Below, one piece after another: positions 28,164 to 38,011 of a stretch of 64,000 nucleotides of DNA. Below the pieces are notes generated by a model. It was not told where the DNA came from. It did not search any database and saw only the letters and a list, made by a program, of their open reading frames with translations. How positions within the stretch are numbered: position 1 is the first letter of the stretch; each line of letters starts with the position of its first letter. A program made the position numbers and the translations under genes. The DNA lies in contig OX638351.1 of assembly GCA_951813565.1 (NCBI GenBank), positions 4,160,001 to 4,224,000 of the forward strand. The letters are read 5' to 3'. This DNA is from an uncultured Poribacteria bacterium. Lineage in GTDB: Bacteria > Poribacteria > WGA-4E > WGA-3G.

Positions 28164-28288
28164 CTTTACGGTCTGTTTTTATTGTCCATTTCCGTTCTAC
28201 CCCACCGAATGCCGTAGGCGCATTCGGTGTTGATTCCCTACGGGATTTATCAAACTCACGTTATTCTTAAATTGACGGCTATGGGGAT

Positions 28289-28732
28289 TTACATAGAGTA
28301 GTAATAGATTATACCAATAATGATAGACACGACCAATATGACTGCGGCAAAACCGATCCCAATCCATCTACCTACAGTTTTTGCTTTTCCCCTCGCTTCT
28401 TTTTCCCATTGGCGTTCATATTCCAAAGTTTCCTCAACGGTTCCATCAGTCTTATCCTGTTCAATGATTGCAAGGGGGTCTGGCATGCTATAAGTAGAAC
28501 CCGATCCCATTGACCCCATCAAATCTTTATACACCCACTCGGCGTGACGTTTACACACATATTCCCCAAGTGTGATCACAATAGGTTGAATATCTCTATT
28601 CTTGATATAAGGCCGTCTTCCTACAATACGATGTTTATTCTTTAGAGAACCTCTCCTTAGTAAGGATTGTATCTCAATAGACTCAAATTCATTGAGATTA
28701 ACCATCTTACCATCGGTATCTTGGATGTACAT
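28289..28732 (-). CDS. Hypothetical protein with C-terminal TM helix
   Basis: 147-aa ORF, GAGG RBS, hydrophobic C-terminus. Confidence 0.65.
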   Translation of the reverse strand: MYIQDTDGKMVNLNEFESIEIQSLLRRGSLKNKHRIVGRRPYIKNRDIQPIVITLGEYVCKRHAEWVYKDLMGSMGSGSTYSMPDPLAIIEQDKTDGTVEETLEYERQWEKEARGKAKTVGRWIGIGFAAVILVVSIIIGIIYYYSM

Positions 28733-28823
28733 AATAACCTCACTGTTTTGGGTGCCAACTACGATTTGTGAATATTGTGTTCACAAAGCATGTGCCAGCA
28801 CCTTTAAATTAAAGTAAACATTA

Positions 28824-29749
28824 ACCTAAGTTGCTACCTATAATATACTTTTAATTCCATGGGATTTGCTCTATAATGTTTTTATTCCAACAAAACAAAA
28901 GGAGAAACCCCATGGAATTAACCATTGTAGCAATTTATACGATTTGTGACGATCTTTTAATTTCACTCGGTCATCAAACGCATCCACAAGCACAAATGAC
29001 AGATGCTGAAGTGATGACAACTGCGATTATCGCAGCACAATATTTTGGAGGCAATCATCGAAGAACTTGCTGTGTTCTGAAAACTCTCGGATACATCCCG
29101 AATATGTTAGGACACTCCCGATATAATCGTCCACTTCATCGGATACCTCATTTGTTTCAAATACTTTTTGAGTATTTCGCAGAAGTCTCTAAATCTAATA
29201 ATCCGAATGGTATTTATGCGATTGACACCTATCCCGTTGCTGTATGTGACAACATTCGTATTAGTCGGTGTCGCCTCTATCAAGGTGAAAAGTGGCGTGG
29301 TCCAATCGCAAGTAAACGCCGCCACTTTTATGGTCTCAAAGCGCATCTAATGGTCACTGAAAGTGGACACATTGTTGAAGTTTTCTTCACCCCTGGCAAG
29401 TGGAACGATGTATTAGGAATGCGATATTTCCCATTTGATGTGCCGCAAGGTTCTGTAGTATATGCGGATAAAGCATATTGCAACTACGGTATTGAAGATG
29501 CGCTAAAGGAAGTAGGGATTACTTTCAAACCGCTTCGGAAGAAAAACCTCAAGCGTCAGTTTCCACCTTGGGAAGTTTATCTGCAACACTTTTACAGAAA
29601 ACGGGTTGAAGTGACAAATAGTCTGATTACACAACTATTACCGAAGTCAATACACGCAGTGACTGCGTCAGGTTTTGAGTTGAAACTATTTTTATTTATC
29701 ATCGCAACCAATATAAAACAACTTTATGGCGATAGGTAGCAACTTGGGT
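28824..29749 (+). mobile_element. IS982 family insertion sequence
   Basis: TIR ACCTAAGTTGCTACCTAT / ATAGGTAGCAACTTGGGT, 9-bp TSD TAAACATTA, 926 bp long. Confidence 0.93.
28912..29739 (+). CDS. IS982 family DDE transposase
   Basis: MTDAEVMT, AIDTYP, FYGLKAHL, YADKAY and RKRVE motifs; AAGGAG RBS. Stop codon lies inside the right TIR. Confidence 0.92.
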   Translation: MELTIVAIYTICDDLLISLGHQTHPQAQMTDAEVMTTAIIAAQYFGGNHRRTCCVLKTLGYIPNMLGHSRYNRPLHRIPHLFQILFEYFAEVSKSNNPNGIYAIDTYPVAVCDNIRISRCRLYQGEKWRGPIASKRRHFYGLKAHLMVTESGHIVEVFFTPGKWNDVLGMRYFPFDVPQGSVVYADKAYCNYGIEDALKEVGITFKPLRKKNLKRQFPPWEVYLQHFYRKRVEVTNSLITQLLPKSIHAVTASGFELKLFLFIIATNIKQLYGDR

Positions 29750-29755
29750 TAAACA

Positions 29756-32251
29756 TTAATGCGGGATACCTAATTGATGCATCCGACGATGAATCGCCTC
29801 CCGTGCTTCTTGGAAGGGACGAGATAGGTATTCCAGATGATTATCCTCACCGTGATGGTGCGTTACAGTGCCGGGTTCATGATGCCGTGCCGATTGCTGG
29901 ATGTAGGATAATCCACCTTCAATCAAGGTTAGCATATAGTTTGCCGTTTCTGGATCAAACATCCACCACTCACCACCGACAGCAATGTAAATTGGGGAGG
30001 TATGCGCAATGATACCGCGCCGCCATCCATCATGGTGTGGCACTGCTTGTGCATAGTTAGGTCCACCACACCGCGCAGCTATCCACGAATGTTTATCCAC
30101 TTTTAGATTTGCTTTGAGGTGTAGCTGGTGTGATCCATTGTTTTCTTCTGTTGAGGCAACAACTTGTCCTGCTTGCACAATCTGCAAGGTATGGATTGGA
30201 AAGATAGAATCAGCGGATGCCTCTACTTCAACAGTGCCGCCGTTACCGGGTAAGTTTATAGTACTACCTATTGGTCGTCCATTTACAGTAAGACGAATCA
30301 TCGGACCACCACTGAGGAAGGTGTTTCCCGCACTCATGTATTTACACCAATTATCGTAGTTGAATTCCTCGTTTTCTGGGATGTGGACGTACGTTCTATA
30401 GACACCTACAGGCACATCACTTGTCATCTTATCTGTACCGCCGACAAGAGGTAATTTATACCCACAGTTGAGATAGCGATAGTATTCTATATGACCATAC
30501 ATCGCGTTAGTGAGATACTCGACGGCATCAACGCGCCCTGTGGCAATTAACGTTGCAGGTTCGCAATTCGGATTTGGAATATGCGGTAAGACGACGGTGC
30601 CTCCCTGTGCATGACACGCATCTGCCCAGTGTGAAAGCGTTACCTCCATGTTCCCGCCAAGTTCTGCTTCACCCGGTCCATCGGAACACCACGGCGCAAC
30701 TTGTTCCTTTAATCCGAGCAGCGTGAGATGTCCAAGCACATGTTGTCTGTTTTCCTGTGTGGCGTAGACGATACTCCTGCCATCAGCAGACACTGTGGGT
30801 CTTCCGATGAATTCCTCTGTATCGGTAAAGAGATGTCCCCACTGTGAAAGGAGAAGGTTTACTACGCCGAGGTCTTCGCCTTGTGCTTCGGTATGTGCAC
30901 CTTGTGTTGAAAGGAAATGGACATGCGTGTCGCCGCTGAAATAACGTTCAGCATTCATATTGCACCACCGCTTTATCCGTAGCGTCAACTCACGTTGTCC
31001 GGGCTTTATATTTACAGTGGTTCGCAAGGGCGTATATTCAAAACCGCGAGCAACATCAACGATTACATCACCGCGAGGCAACCATCCTTGACATGTTCCA
31101 TCAATATAAGCATAGCTAATCTGTCCCAATCGCACATCGCCACCGATATCTATGTGCCATGTGCCCATGTTTGAGTTGACATGCGCGTGGTGTCCATGCG
31201 GGGCGTACGGCACACCGTGTGGTGAACGAAAATGGATACGGCATGGGACTGGTTTGTTCGTGTCTTCGTCAATCACGGTGGTATGTACCCAGTTTCTGCC
31301 TGTGTCAATGACTTCTACCTTGACATGTTCATTCGGTTGGACAACGCCTTTTTCTTGGAGTTCTCCCCAATTGACCTCGCCAAGCGTTTCACCTTGATTT
31401 TTGACCTCAACGGTTGCAGATGGCGTGGCGGATATCTCTGTGTAGGCAGGGCTGCTTTTGTTGTTTAGAGATTCTCCCCACCCTTTGAAGTCGTCAGTCA
31501 TAAACGCATCGGGTGGATTTTCTGGCAACGGATAGGGATAGGTCGCAGTGCCACGGTCAACATTGACCTCCATGTCAAAGGGTTTGTCAGCATCTTCTGC
31601 TTGTGGGAGTGTGATTTTAACCTCACGGTTGGGATGCCGTGGGATTGGGGCTTCGTCAAGATAACCGAGTGTGATGGCTGCAATAATAAACTTACGTTCT
31701 TGTGGACGAATTTCGATATAGGAAATTTCTTTATCAGGATTAGGATTCTTCCATATATAAAGGTAATAGTTGCGTGGCACACATTGCATCGCCTCTGTTT
31801 GACGATTCCCTGCTGAACCCCACGGTCCTTGATGACGGGCATGCAAACTTTCCTTTGTATCAGGGACAGCAATGAAAGTCTGTTGTCCCCATCCTTGCGG
31901 CACACTGCCAATCTCAAACCGTTCTCGGATTGGGACACTCATTGACATTCCATCTGCATATTGGACAACATAGTTGGCAATCAGTTTTCCGATCGGTTCA
32001 CCTTCATGGATGCGGGACTCAAGCAGTCGATGTGCTACGATAACCCGCTTTGGATTGGAATTAATTGGAATTTGGATAGGGTCTGTCCGGACACCTTCAC
32101 CGAAACCTAAGAAACATTTTTCACCTTCGGAGATGTGAAAAGGGAGTCCGTGGAATGTTTGTTGTCCCAAGGTTGGCGTTGCGTTTGCACCGATAATTTC
32201 TGCGTTGACATTACATAAATCAGTAAGAGAGATAGGTTGATAATCTTGCAT
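29756..32251 (-). CDS. CehA/McbA family (PHP-like) metallohydrolase
   Basis: VARGFEY, FSGDTHVH, GHLTLLGL, GGTD and AHTSPIY motifs. Confidence 0.85.
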   Translation of the reverse strand: MQDYQPISLTDLCNVNAEIIGANATPTLGQQTFHGLPFHISEGEKCFLGFGEGVRTDPIQIPINSNPKRVIVAHRLLESRIHEGEPIGKLIANYVVQYADGMSMSVPIRERFEIGSVPQGWGQQTFIAVPDTKESLHARHQGPWGSAGNRQTEAMQCVPRNYYLYIWKNPNPDKEISYIEIRPQERKFIIAAITLGYLDEAPIPRHPNREVKITLPQAEDADKPFDMEVNVDRGTATYPYPLPENPPDAFMTDDFKGWGESLNNKSSPAYTEISATPSATVEVKNQGETLGEVNWGELQEKGVVQPNEHVKVEVIDTGRNWVHTTVIDEDTNKPVPCRIHFRSPHGVPYAPHGHHAHVNSNMGTWHIDIGGDVRLGQISYAYIDGTCQGWLPRGDVIVDVARGFEYTPLRTTVNIKPGQRELTLRIKRWCNMNAERYFSGDTHVHFLSTQGAHTEAQGEDLGVVNLLLSQWGHLFTDTEEFIGRPTVSADGRSIVYATQENRQHVLGHLTLLGLKEQVAPWCSDGPGEAELGGNMEVTLSHWADACHAQGGTVVLPHIPNPNCEPATLIATGRVDAVEYLTNAMYGHIEYYRYLNCGYKLPLVGGTDKMTSDVPVGVYRTYVHIPENEEFNYDNWCKYMSAGNTFLSGGPMIRLTVNGRPIGSTINLPGNGGTVEVEASADSIFPIHTLQIVQAGQVVASTEENNGSHQLHLKANLKVDKHSWIAARCGGPNYAQAVPHHDGWRRGIIAHTSPIYIAVGGEWWMFDPETANYMLTLIEGGLSYIQQSARHHEPGTVTHHHGEDNHLEYLSRPFQEAREAIHRRMHQLGIPH

Positions 32252-32450
32252 GGTATGCTTCCTTGTTGGTTTTACTCAGTGAGTTCGTCTTCCAACTCAG
32301 CGGATTTTTGCTTGTTCTTTGTTAGTTCTTTTCTGCAATTCGTTGTTTTAAATGAAGATGTAAAAGTTCACCTTCAACAAGTCTATATTCACCAATGTCT
32401 TTTTAACTTGTCCACGATTTCCTAAAGATGCTAACATCTTGTTTATTATT

Positions 32451-35400
32451 TCACTGTAGTAGTACCAACGAGCCAGCTTTATCCGCTAACTCACTGCGTT
32501 CAATCATTTTATAAATTATGCCTTCAATTTCGTATTGCATGTCCCAATTAACCTTTTTAAAACCAAATAACCTACAAGTTGCGCGAGGTAAATCGTCTTG
32601 TTCTATGCCGCAAGATTCCGATACAATCAACTTGATTGCCTCTTGTATTTCTTCAGGTGCAATAAGCTTAAACTTGCGTGAAGTATTTGGAAGTTCACTA
32701 CGATCTCGCACAGTAATATTTTTTTGTCCAGTCCAATAGAGAAATGTCTCATACAGAGATGTCTTTTTGATCTGAATACTTTCAGAACGAGCTACTTGTG
32801 TTGCAGCAAATTTAACTGCGTCTTGAATACGATTGCCGATCCTTTTGAACCCTGCAGCATTTGCAATACGTTTTGCTACTTCATTAATGTGCACTGGACT
32901 CTCAAATTCAACAACACGTTGAATCCAACCCATCATAGAGCGGCACGGAACCGCATGTAAATTAAGCCCGTTGGTAGAAATAGATAATTCAGCGAGTTTA
33001 TACTTTTCCGCAAGTGAATTTGACTTTGGTTCTGGAGTTGGATCACCAGTTGGGTCAACTTCTGTTTCTGGTTCATCCTTATCTTCATTGGAATCATGAT
33101 TATTAGTTTCTGGAGTTTTGCCAATAGAGAAGGGAATGTGTGCCTTGGCTGCCTCAATTGCTTCAGCTGCTTTTTTGAGTTCACGGTCTGGAAATCTAAA
33201 CCAATCGGTACTCCAAATACGATGGATACGCCAACCCAATCCTTCAAGTACTTCCTGCCTAATTCGATCTCTATCGCGAGCTGATTGAGCACTGTGGTAA
33301 GTTGCTCCGTCACACTCAATCCCCAATAAATAACGTCCTGGGCGTTCAGGATCCTTAACCCCAAGGTCGATGAAATAACCAGCAGTTCCAATCTGATGGT
33401 CAATTTCATAGCCAGACTTCCGTAACGCATCGGCAACCTCTACCTCAAATGGAGAGTCTGGTGGCCTAACACCCGGTTTTGGGATGTCTGGGATGTCAAG
33501 TACATCTGTCTGTGCATATTTCAGGTAACGTTTTAGCACTGCTACACCGCGAGCATCGGTGCGACTAATGTCAATATCATCAGTAGTAAGATTAGTAAAC
33601 ACTTCACAACGCTGGCGTGATCGCGTAATCAAAACGTTCAATCGTCTTTCTCCGCCATCTCTGCCGAGAGGACCAAAGTTCATCGTAAGTTTCCCATTAG
33701 CATCGCGCCCGTAGCCAACGCTAATAAAAATTATATCACGTTCATCCCCTTGAACATTTTCCAAATTTTTAACAAAAAATGGTTCTTCAGGATACGCATT
33801 GAAGAAAGTATCCTCACATGATGGATCTTCTCGGCGTAGAAGTTCAAGCTGGTCTTGAATTGCTTGCATTTGTGCTGTGCTAAAAGTCGCGACCCCAAGT
33901 GTCAAATGGGGGCGTAAGCGTGCGTGTTCCATGACTTTTTTGGCAACTATTTTTGCCTCTTCCAAGTTGCTTCTACTCCCTCCACGGTCATAAGCAGTAT
34001 CAGGTAGGTAATGATACACCAATCCGACTTTTTCTCTCGCGGCATCAGGACTTGGAAAAATTATAAGTTTATTATCGTAAAAGCAAAAGTTTGATACTGC
34101 AATCAACGAAGGATGTCTGCTACGGTAATGCCATCGTAACATGCGTTCTGGCGAGTTCTGAGCACTAAACAAGCCAAGAATACTCTCTGTATCGGCTGTT
34201 ACGTTTTCTTCCGTGTCATCATCTTCATCTGTGTGTTTATCAAAGAAAGAGGTAGGTGGTAGTTGTTGCGTATCACCAACAACAACTGTTTGTTTACCTC
34301 GAACAATTGATCCGAAAGCATCAACAGGTTTTACTTGGCTGGCTTCGTCAAAAACCACTAAGTCGAAGTCAACACTTTTCGGTGGTATAAATGTCGCTAC
34401 AGAGAGCGGACTCATCATAAATACTGGTTTAATTGCTTGTATTGCATTACCTGATTTAGTCATAAGTTGACGAATTGGCAGATGTCGTCGCTTTTTTTGA
34501 AATTCACGTCTGAGTAATCCTAATTGTCCACTTGACGCTTCATACTGTGGCAAATGTTTCCAATGTTGGTGTGCTACTTTTACCTTATTGTAGTTAAGTG
34601 AGATGCGATCTAACTCTTTGAACCTTTCTAAAATATGCTGATGGGTCTCACTACTAAAACCCGCAAGAATTGGTCGTTCTGTCATTACTGTCTCAATTTT
34701 TGCGTTGTACCACGTCTGTTTGAGTAAATCTGATAGATATTCTCCCGCTTCTGACCATTCATTTGCAACCTTTACAATTTCAATGAAACCGTTATCCATT
34801 AACGCTTCAACATGGTGATTATACGAAACCATATCTTGGAGAATGCCCGGTTCAGTTTCCCAACATCTAAAGATTTTTATCTGTTCAGTAAATGGAAGTT
34901 GTTTTAATCCATCATCACACCCAAAACGCACTTTTTCATCAAGTTGTATTTTATCAATCACCGTTTGAAGAAGATGCGGATAGTTGCTAAGTAGTTCTTC
35001 AACGGTTGCAAGTGATGCCTTAAGTTCTTCCAAATTCGGATTTGACGCAAGATATGTAACTACTGCTTCAGGTAATTCATAGTTTGCTACCGATTGACGC
35101 GTTGCAGACATATATTTGCTGATCTCACGTAGTTGATCCCAATTCGAGGATTGTCCTTGCCAGTGTGAACCAAATAATTCTTGTCCGATCTCTTGTATCT
35201 GTTCGAGTTGGGGCGATTCACTTTGCACTTCAAGAATTGCATCAACGATACGGAGTCGGGAATGATGTGTTTTTGGTAGTAATTGTGGTTGTGAGCATAA
35301 ACCTTTGAGTTCATTAAGTGCCCGTCGATAGTTTCCCGAAAGTATACGCCACCACTTATCTCCATGAGCAGCAAGCTTTTGCCGCATCTCTAAAACATTT

Positions 35401-37193
35401 TGTCCCCATGCTTCACGTATAAGCATATCATCATGTATTCTATGGAGTTCGTCTAACCTTTCTCCTGCCTTAAAGCCTACTTCAAAATCACTACTATGCG
35501 TTTCCCATTCGGTTGACTGCACAGCAACACCTGATAAGTCTGGTGCATCTAATACATGACGCGCCGCTCGGATGAGATTTTCAATCTGCTCACAAGTATC
35601 CGGTGGCACAAGTTTGAGGTGCTGTGCAAGTTGTTCAGATGAATCCTTGAGTTCGGTAACTCTTTTTCTTGCTTCCGCTGATGCTCGTTTAAGTGATTCT
35701 CTATCAGTAGGAAGAAATACCTTACATTGACTTCCCCAAAACGGATGTTTTTTGGGTATACCCATCCGCTTAAGGAGTGTTTGGAATACTTCAGTAAGTT
35801 CCAATCCTTTTCTAAATTCAGATATTGAATGTTGAAAATCTTTTGATGCTAAAGTCGGCAGTTCCTTTCCTGAGAGGAGACGTTGTGTGGCTAAAAGTTC
35901 TCCATACGCCTGATAAGGTGTGATACCACTCTCGCCAATTGGGGTGTTGACTGCTTCACAGTATCTATTCAAACGGTTACGATCATCAAGAAGATTCTCG
36001 AGTTTTTGTTTTAGGCCTGTTATTTTTGGTTCACTGGTATCAAGAATACGCCTTAGTTCATCAACAACTGCTTTTTTGTTCATCTTATGACTATGTAGTT
36101 CTAAACAGGCATTGCCAAGTCCAATCTTGTCCAAATTCCGCTTGACTACTTCTAAAGCTGCCATCTTCTCAGCAACAAAAAGCACACGTTTCCCTTCCAT
36201 TATAGATGCAGCAATCAAATTGGTAATGGTCTGGGATTTACCTGTGCCGGGTGGACCTTGAATAACGAGATTTCGTCCTTCACTTACATCATGGATAGCC
36301 AATGCTTGTGAACTGTCTGCATTAACTACGTGATGCGTATTTTCGGGAGTCAGGTGTAGATCAACGTTGGGTTCGCTATCCTCAATGGATGAGTCTGGTT
36401 CTTGAAATCCGTTTACGAGCACTGAATCCAATATTGGGTGTTTGGAGAGAGTATTATCGGGCCAATTGTTAACGTCTAAATCGCAGTACATCAGAAACTT
36501 GGCAAATGAGAAAAAACCGAGTGCAATTGTTAAATCATCTACTGACCATCGCTTTAGGTTAACAATTACCTCACTTACTTCTTCAAAGTATTTTAGAATG
36601 GTGGACTGATTAAGGTCATCCACATCGGGAAGATCTGGTAATTGAATACTGAATTCAGCTTTCAGTTTTTCTTGAAGTGATAGATTCGTTCCAATCTCCT
36701 CGTCTGTGTACTGAACTCTAAAATTAGCACGTACACTCGTTCGGTTGAGTTCCACTGGAATCATAATTAGTGGAGCACGACGTAAAATCTCACTAGATTC
36801 AGATTCATACCATTCAAGCATACCAAGCGCGAGATAGAGGGTAGTCACACCTTGCTCTCCAATTGCTGTTCGTTCAGTATACTCGGTGTTTCTTAGACGC
36901 TTTTGAAGTTCAGTAGATGAATGGTTTGTCTGGAGTTTGGTGTCCGTATGTCTATCAGGGTCATGTTCCGTTTCATCTTCAAATAGAAAACTATATTCTT
37001 CAGATTCATCTTTTGGTAAGAAAGACATAGTTTTCTTATCCTGAACAAGTATCTGATAAGTATCTGGTGGAGATTCATCAATGATCTCAACGCCTCTCGC
37101 CTTGAGAAGTTTATAGTTTATCAATGGGTTTCGCAAGGTTAAGTCAAGCAGTTCAGCACGAGCTTTATCTAATTTCGTTTTTACAAAATTCAT
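32451..37193 (-). CDS. DUF4011 - SF1 (Dna2/Upf1-like) helicase - Vsr-like nuclease - DUF3320 protein (hhe-type candidate antiphage effector)
   Basis: LLDLTLRNPLIN (DUF4011), QGPPGTGKSQT, FDEASQ, GDTQQLPP, WHYRS, VQGDERD, GIECDGATYH and RIWSTDW motifs. Confidence 0.9.
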   Translation of the reverse strand: MNFVKTKLDKARAELLDLTLRNPLINYKLLKARGVEIIDESPPDTYQILVQDKKTMSFLPKDESEEYSFLFEDETEHDPDRHTDTKLQTNHSSTELQKRLRNTEYTERTAIGEQGVTTLYLALGMLEWYESESSEILRRAPLIMIPVELNRTSVRANFRVQYTDEEIGTNLSLQEKLKAEFSIQLPDLPDVDDLNQSTILKYFEEVSEVIVNLKRWSVDDLTIALGFFSFAKFLMYCDLDVNNWPDNTLSKHPILDSVLVNGFQEPDSSIEDSEPNVDLHLTPENTHHVVNADSSQALAIHDVSEGRNLVIQGPPGTGKSQTITNLIAASIMEGKRVLFVAEKMAALEVVKRNLDKIGLGNACLELHSHKMNKKAVVDELRRILDTSEPKITGLKQKLENLLDDRNRLNRYCEAVNTPIGESGITPYQAYGELLATQRLLSGKELPTLASKDFQHSISEFRKGLELTEVFQTLLKRMGIPKKHPFWGSQCKVFLPTDRESLKRASAEARKRVTELKDSSEQLAQHLKLVPPDTCEQIENLIRAARHVLDAPDLSGVAVQSTEWETHSSDFEVGFKAGERLDELHRIHDDMLIREAWGQNVLEMRQKLAAHGDKWWRILSGNYRRALNELKGLCSQPQLLPKTHHSRLRIVDAILEVQSESPQLEQIQEIGQELFGSHWQGQSSNWDQLREISKYMSATRQSVANYELPEAVVTYLASNPNLEELKASLATVEELLSNYPHLLQTVIDKIQLDEKVRFGCDDGLKQLPFTEQIKIFRCWETEPGILQDMVSYNHHVEALMDNGFIEIVKVANEWSEAGEYLSDLLKQTWYNAKIETVMTERPILAGFSSETHQHILERFKELDRISLNYNKVKVAHQHWKHLPQYEASSGQLGLLRREFQKKRRHLPIRQLMTKSGNAIQAIKPVFMMSPLSVATFIPPKSVDFDLVVFDEASQVKPVDAFGSIVRGKQTVVVGDTQQLPPTSFFDKHTDEDDDTEENVTADTESILGLFSAQNSPERMLRWHYRSRHPSLIAVSNFCFYDNKLIIFPSPDAAREKVGLVYHYLPDTAYDRGGSRSNLEEAKIVAKKVMEHARLRPHLTLGVATFSTAQMQAIQDQLELLRREDPSCEDTFFNAYPEEPFFVKNLENVQGDERDIIFISVGYGRDANGKLTMNFGPLGRDGGERRLNVLITRSRQRCEVFTNLTTDDIDISRTDARGVAVLKRYLKYAQTDVLDIPDIPKPGVRPPDSPFEVEVADALRKSGYEIDHQIGTAGYFIDLGVKDPERPGRYLLGIECDGATYHSAQSARDRDRIRQEVLEGLGWRIHRIWSTDWFRFPDRELKKAAEAIEAAKAHIPFSIGKTPETNNHDSNEDKDEPETEVDPTGDPTPEPKSNSLAEKYKLAELSISTNGLNLHAVPCRSMMGWIQRVVEFESPVHINEVAKRIANAAGFKRIGNRIQDAVKFAATQVARSESIQIKKTSLYETFLYWTGQKNITVRDRSELPNTSRKFKLIAPEEIQEAIKLIVSESCGIEQDDLPRATCRLFGFKKVNWDMQYEIEGIIYKMIERSELADKAGSLVLLQ

Positions 37194-37367
37194 CTCATAT
37201 ACACCATAATTAATTGTTGAGTTAACCGTTATATTTTTACTTAGTGAGACGTTAAACGCATATAAGCATATCAAAAAGAGGGTTTTGCTCTAATCAGACG
37301 TTCCTCTTGGAGGAAACTCTTTATTAACACTACGGTCTAACTAATAGTTGCGTCAAGGCAATATCAT

Positions 37368-37643
37368 CTACGATGATTCAATCGCGTGGAGACGTTCAGC
37401 TAACCATAAGTTAACCAAAGTTTCCGGTAAGATACCCTGTTCCAGTGCTTGCCTCTCAATTTTTTCATAGATCTCTGGGGTAAGCGTTACACGGCACTTT
37501 CGCTGCATCCGAACCTCAAAATGGACTTCATGTGTTTCGTCCCAGTGGTCAGCCAAGCTATGCGTGTCCCAATAGTCGGCTATTTCCTCCAGAGTGCGTG
37601 CCTTAGACATACTGGTAACCTGTTCGTGTTTATTTTCTTTCAT
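37368..37643 (-). CDS. CopG/BrnA-like antitoxin
   Basis: EEIADYWDTHSLADHWDE followed by a ribbon-helix-helix ending ETLVNLWLAERL. Confidence 0.75.
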   Translation of the reverse strand: MKENKHEQVTSMSKARTLEEIADYWDTHSLADHWDETHEVHFEVRMQRKCRVTLTPEIYEKIERQALEQGILPETLVNLWLAERLHAIESS

Positions 37644-37668
37644 ACCTCTCGCGCATCCAAGTATATAA

Positions 37669-37984
37669 ACGTGAGTTCGATATAAAAAATTGGTTCATCA
37701 CGTGGATTCGATTGAACGAAAAACAGTTCCAACGCAACCCAAAACATCGTCTTTGCTCCAGCGGAGCAATATGTTTATAGCGATCATCCGAACCAGTGTT
37801 TCCGCTCCAGCGGAGCGGTATGTGAGATTATCACATAGCACTCCGCTGGAGTGCAAGAACTTTGAGATTAGCTTTTCTATAGACATAGCACTCCGCTGGA
37901 GTGCGGGAACATGTCCGTCATCAAATCTGCGCTAAATGTGATATATTGTGTCGGATTTTTCTAACCTTTATGTCGAACTCACGT
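37669..37984. mobile_element. ACGTGAG-family MITE with 7-bp TSD TATATAA
   Basis: TIR ACGTGAGTTCGATATAAA / TTTATGTCGAACTCACGT (17/18). Contains four GCTCCAGCGGAGC / GCACTCCGCTGGAGTGC hairpins. Confidence 0.88.
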
Positions 37985-38011
37985 TATATAACATGAGTTT
38001 AGTATGGCGAT

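Noticed and set aside
32270..32440. Possible small gene between the helicase and the metallohydrolase
   Set aside because: The minus-strand frames are interrupted by stops and no family could be recognised.
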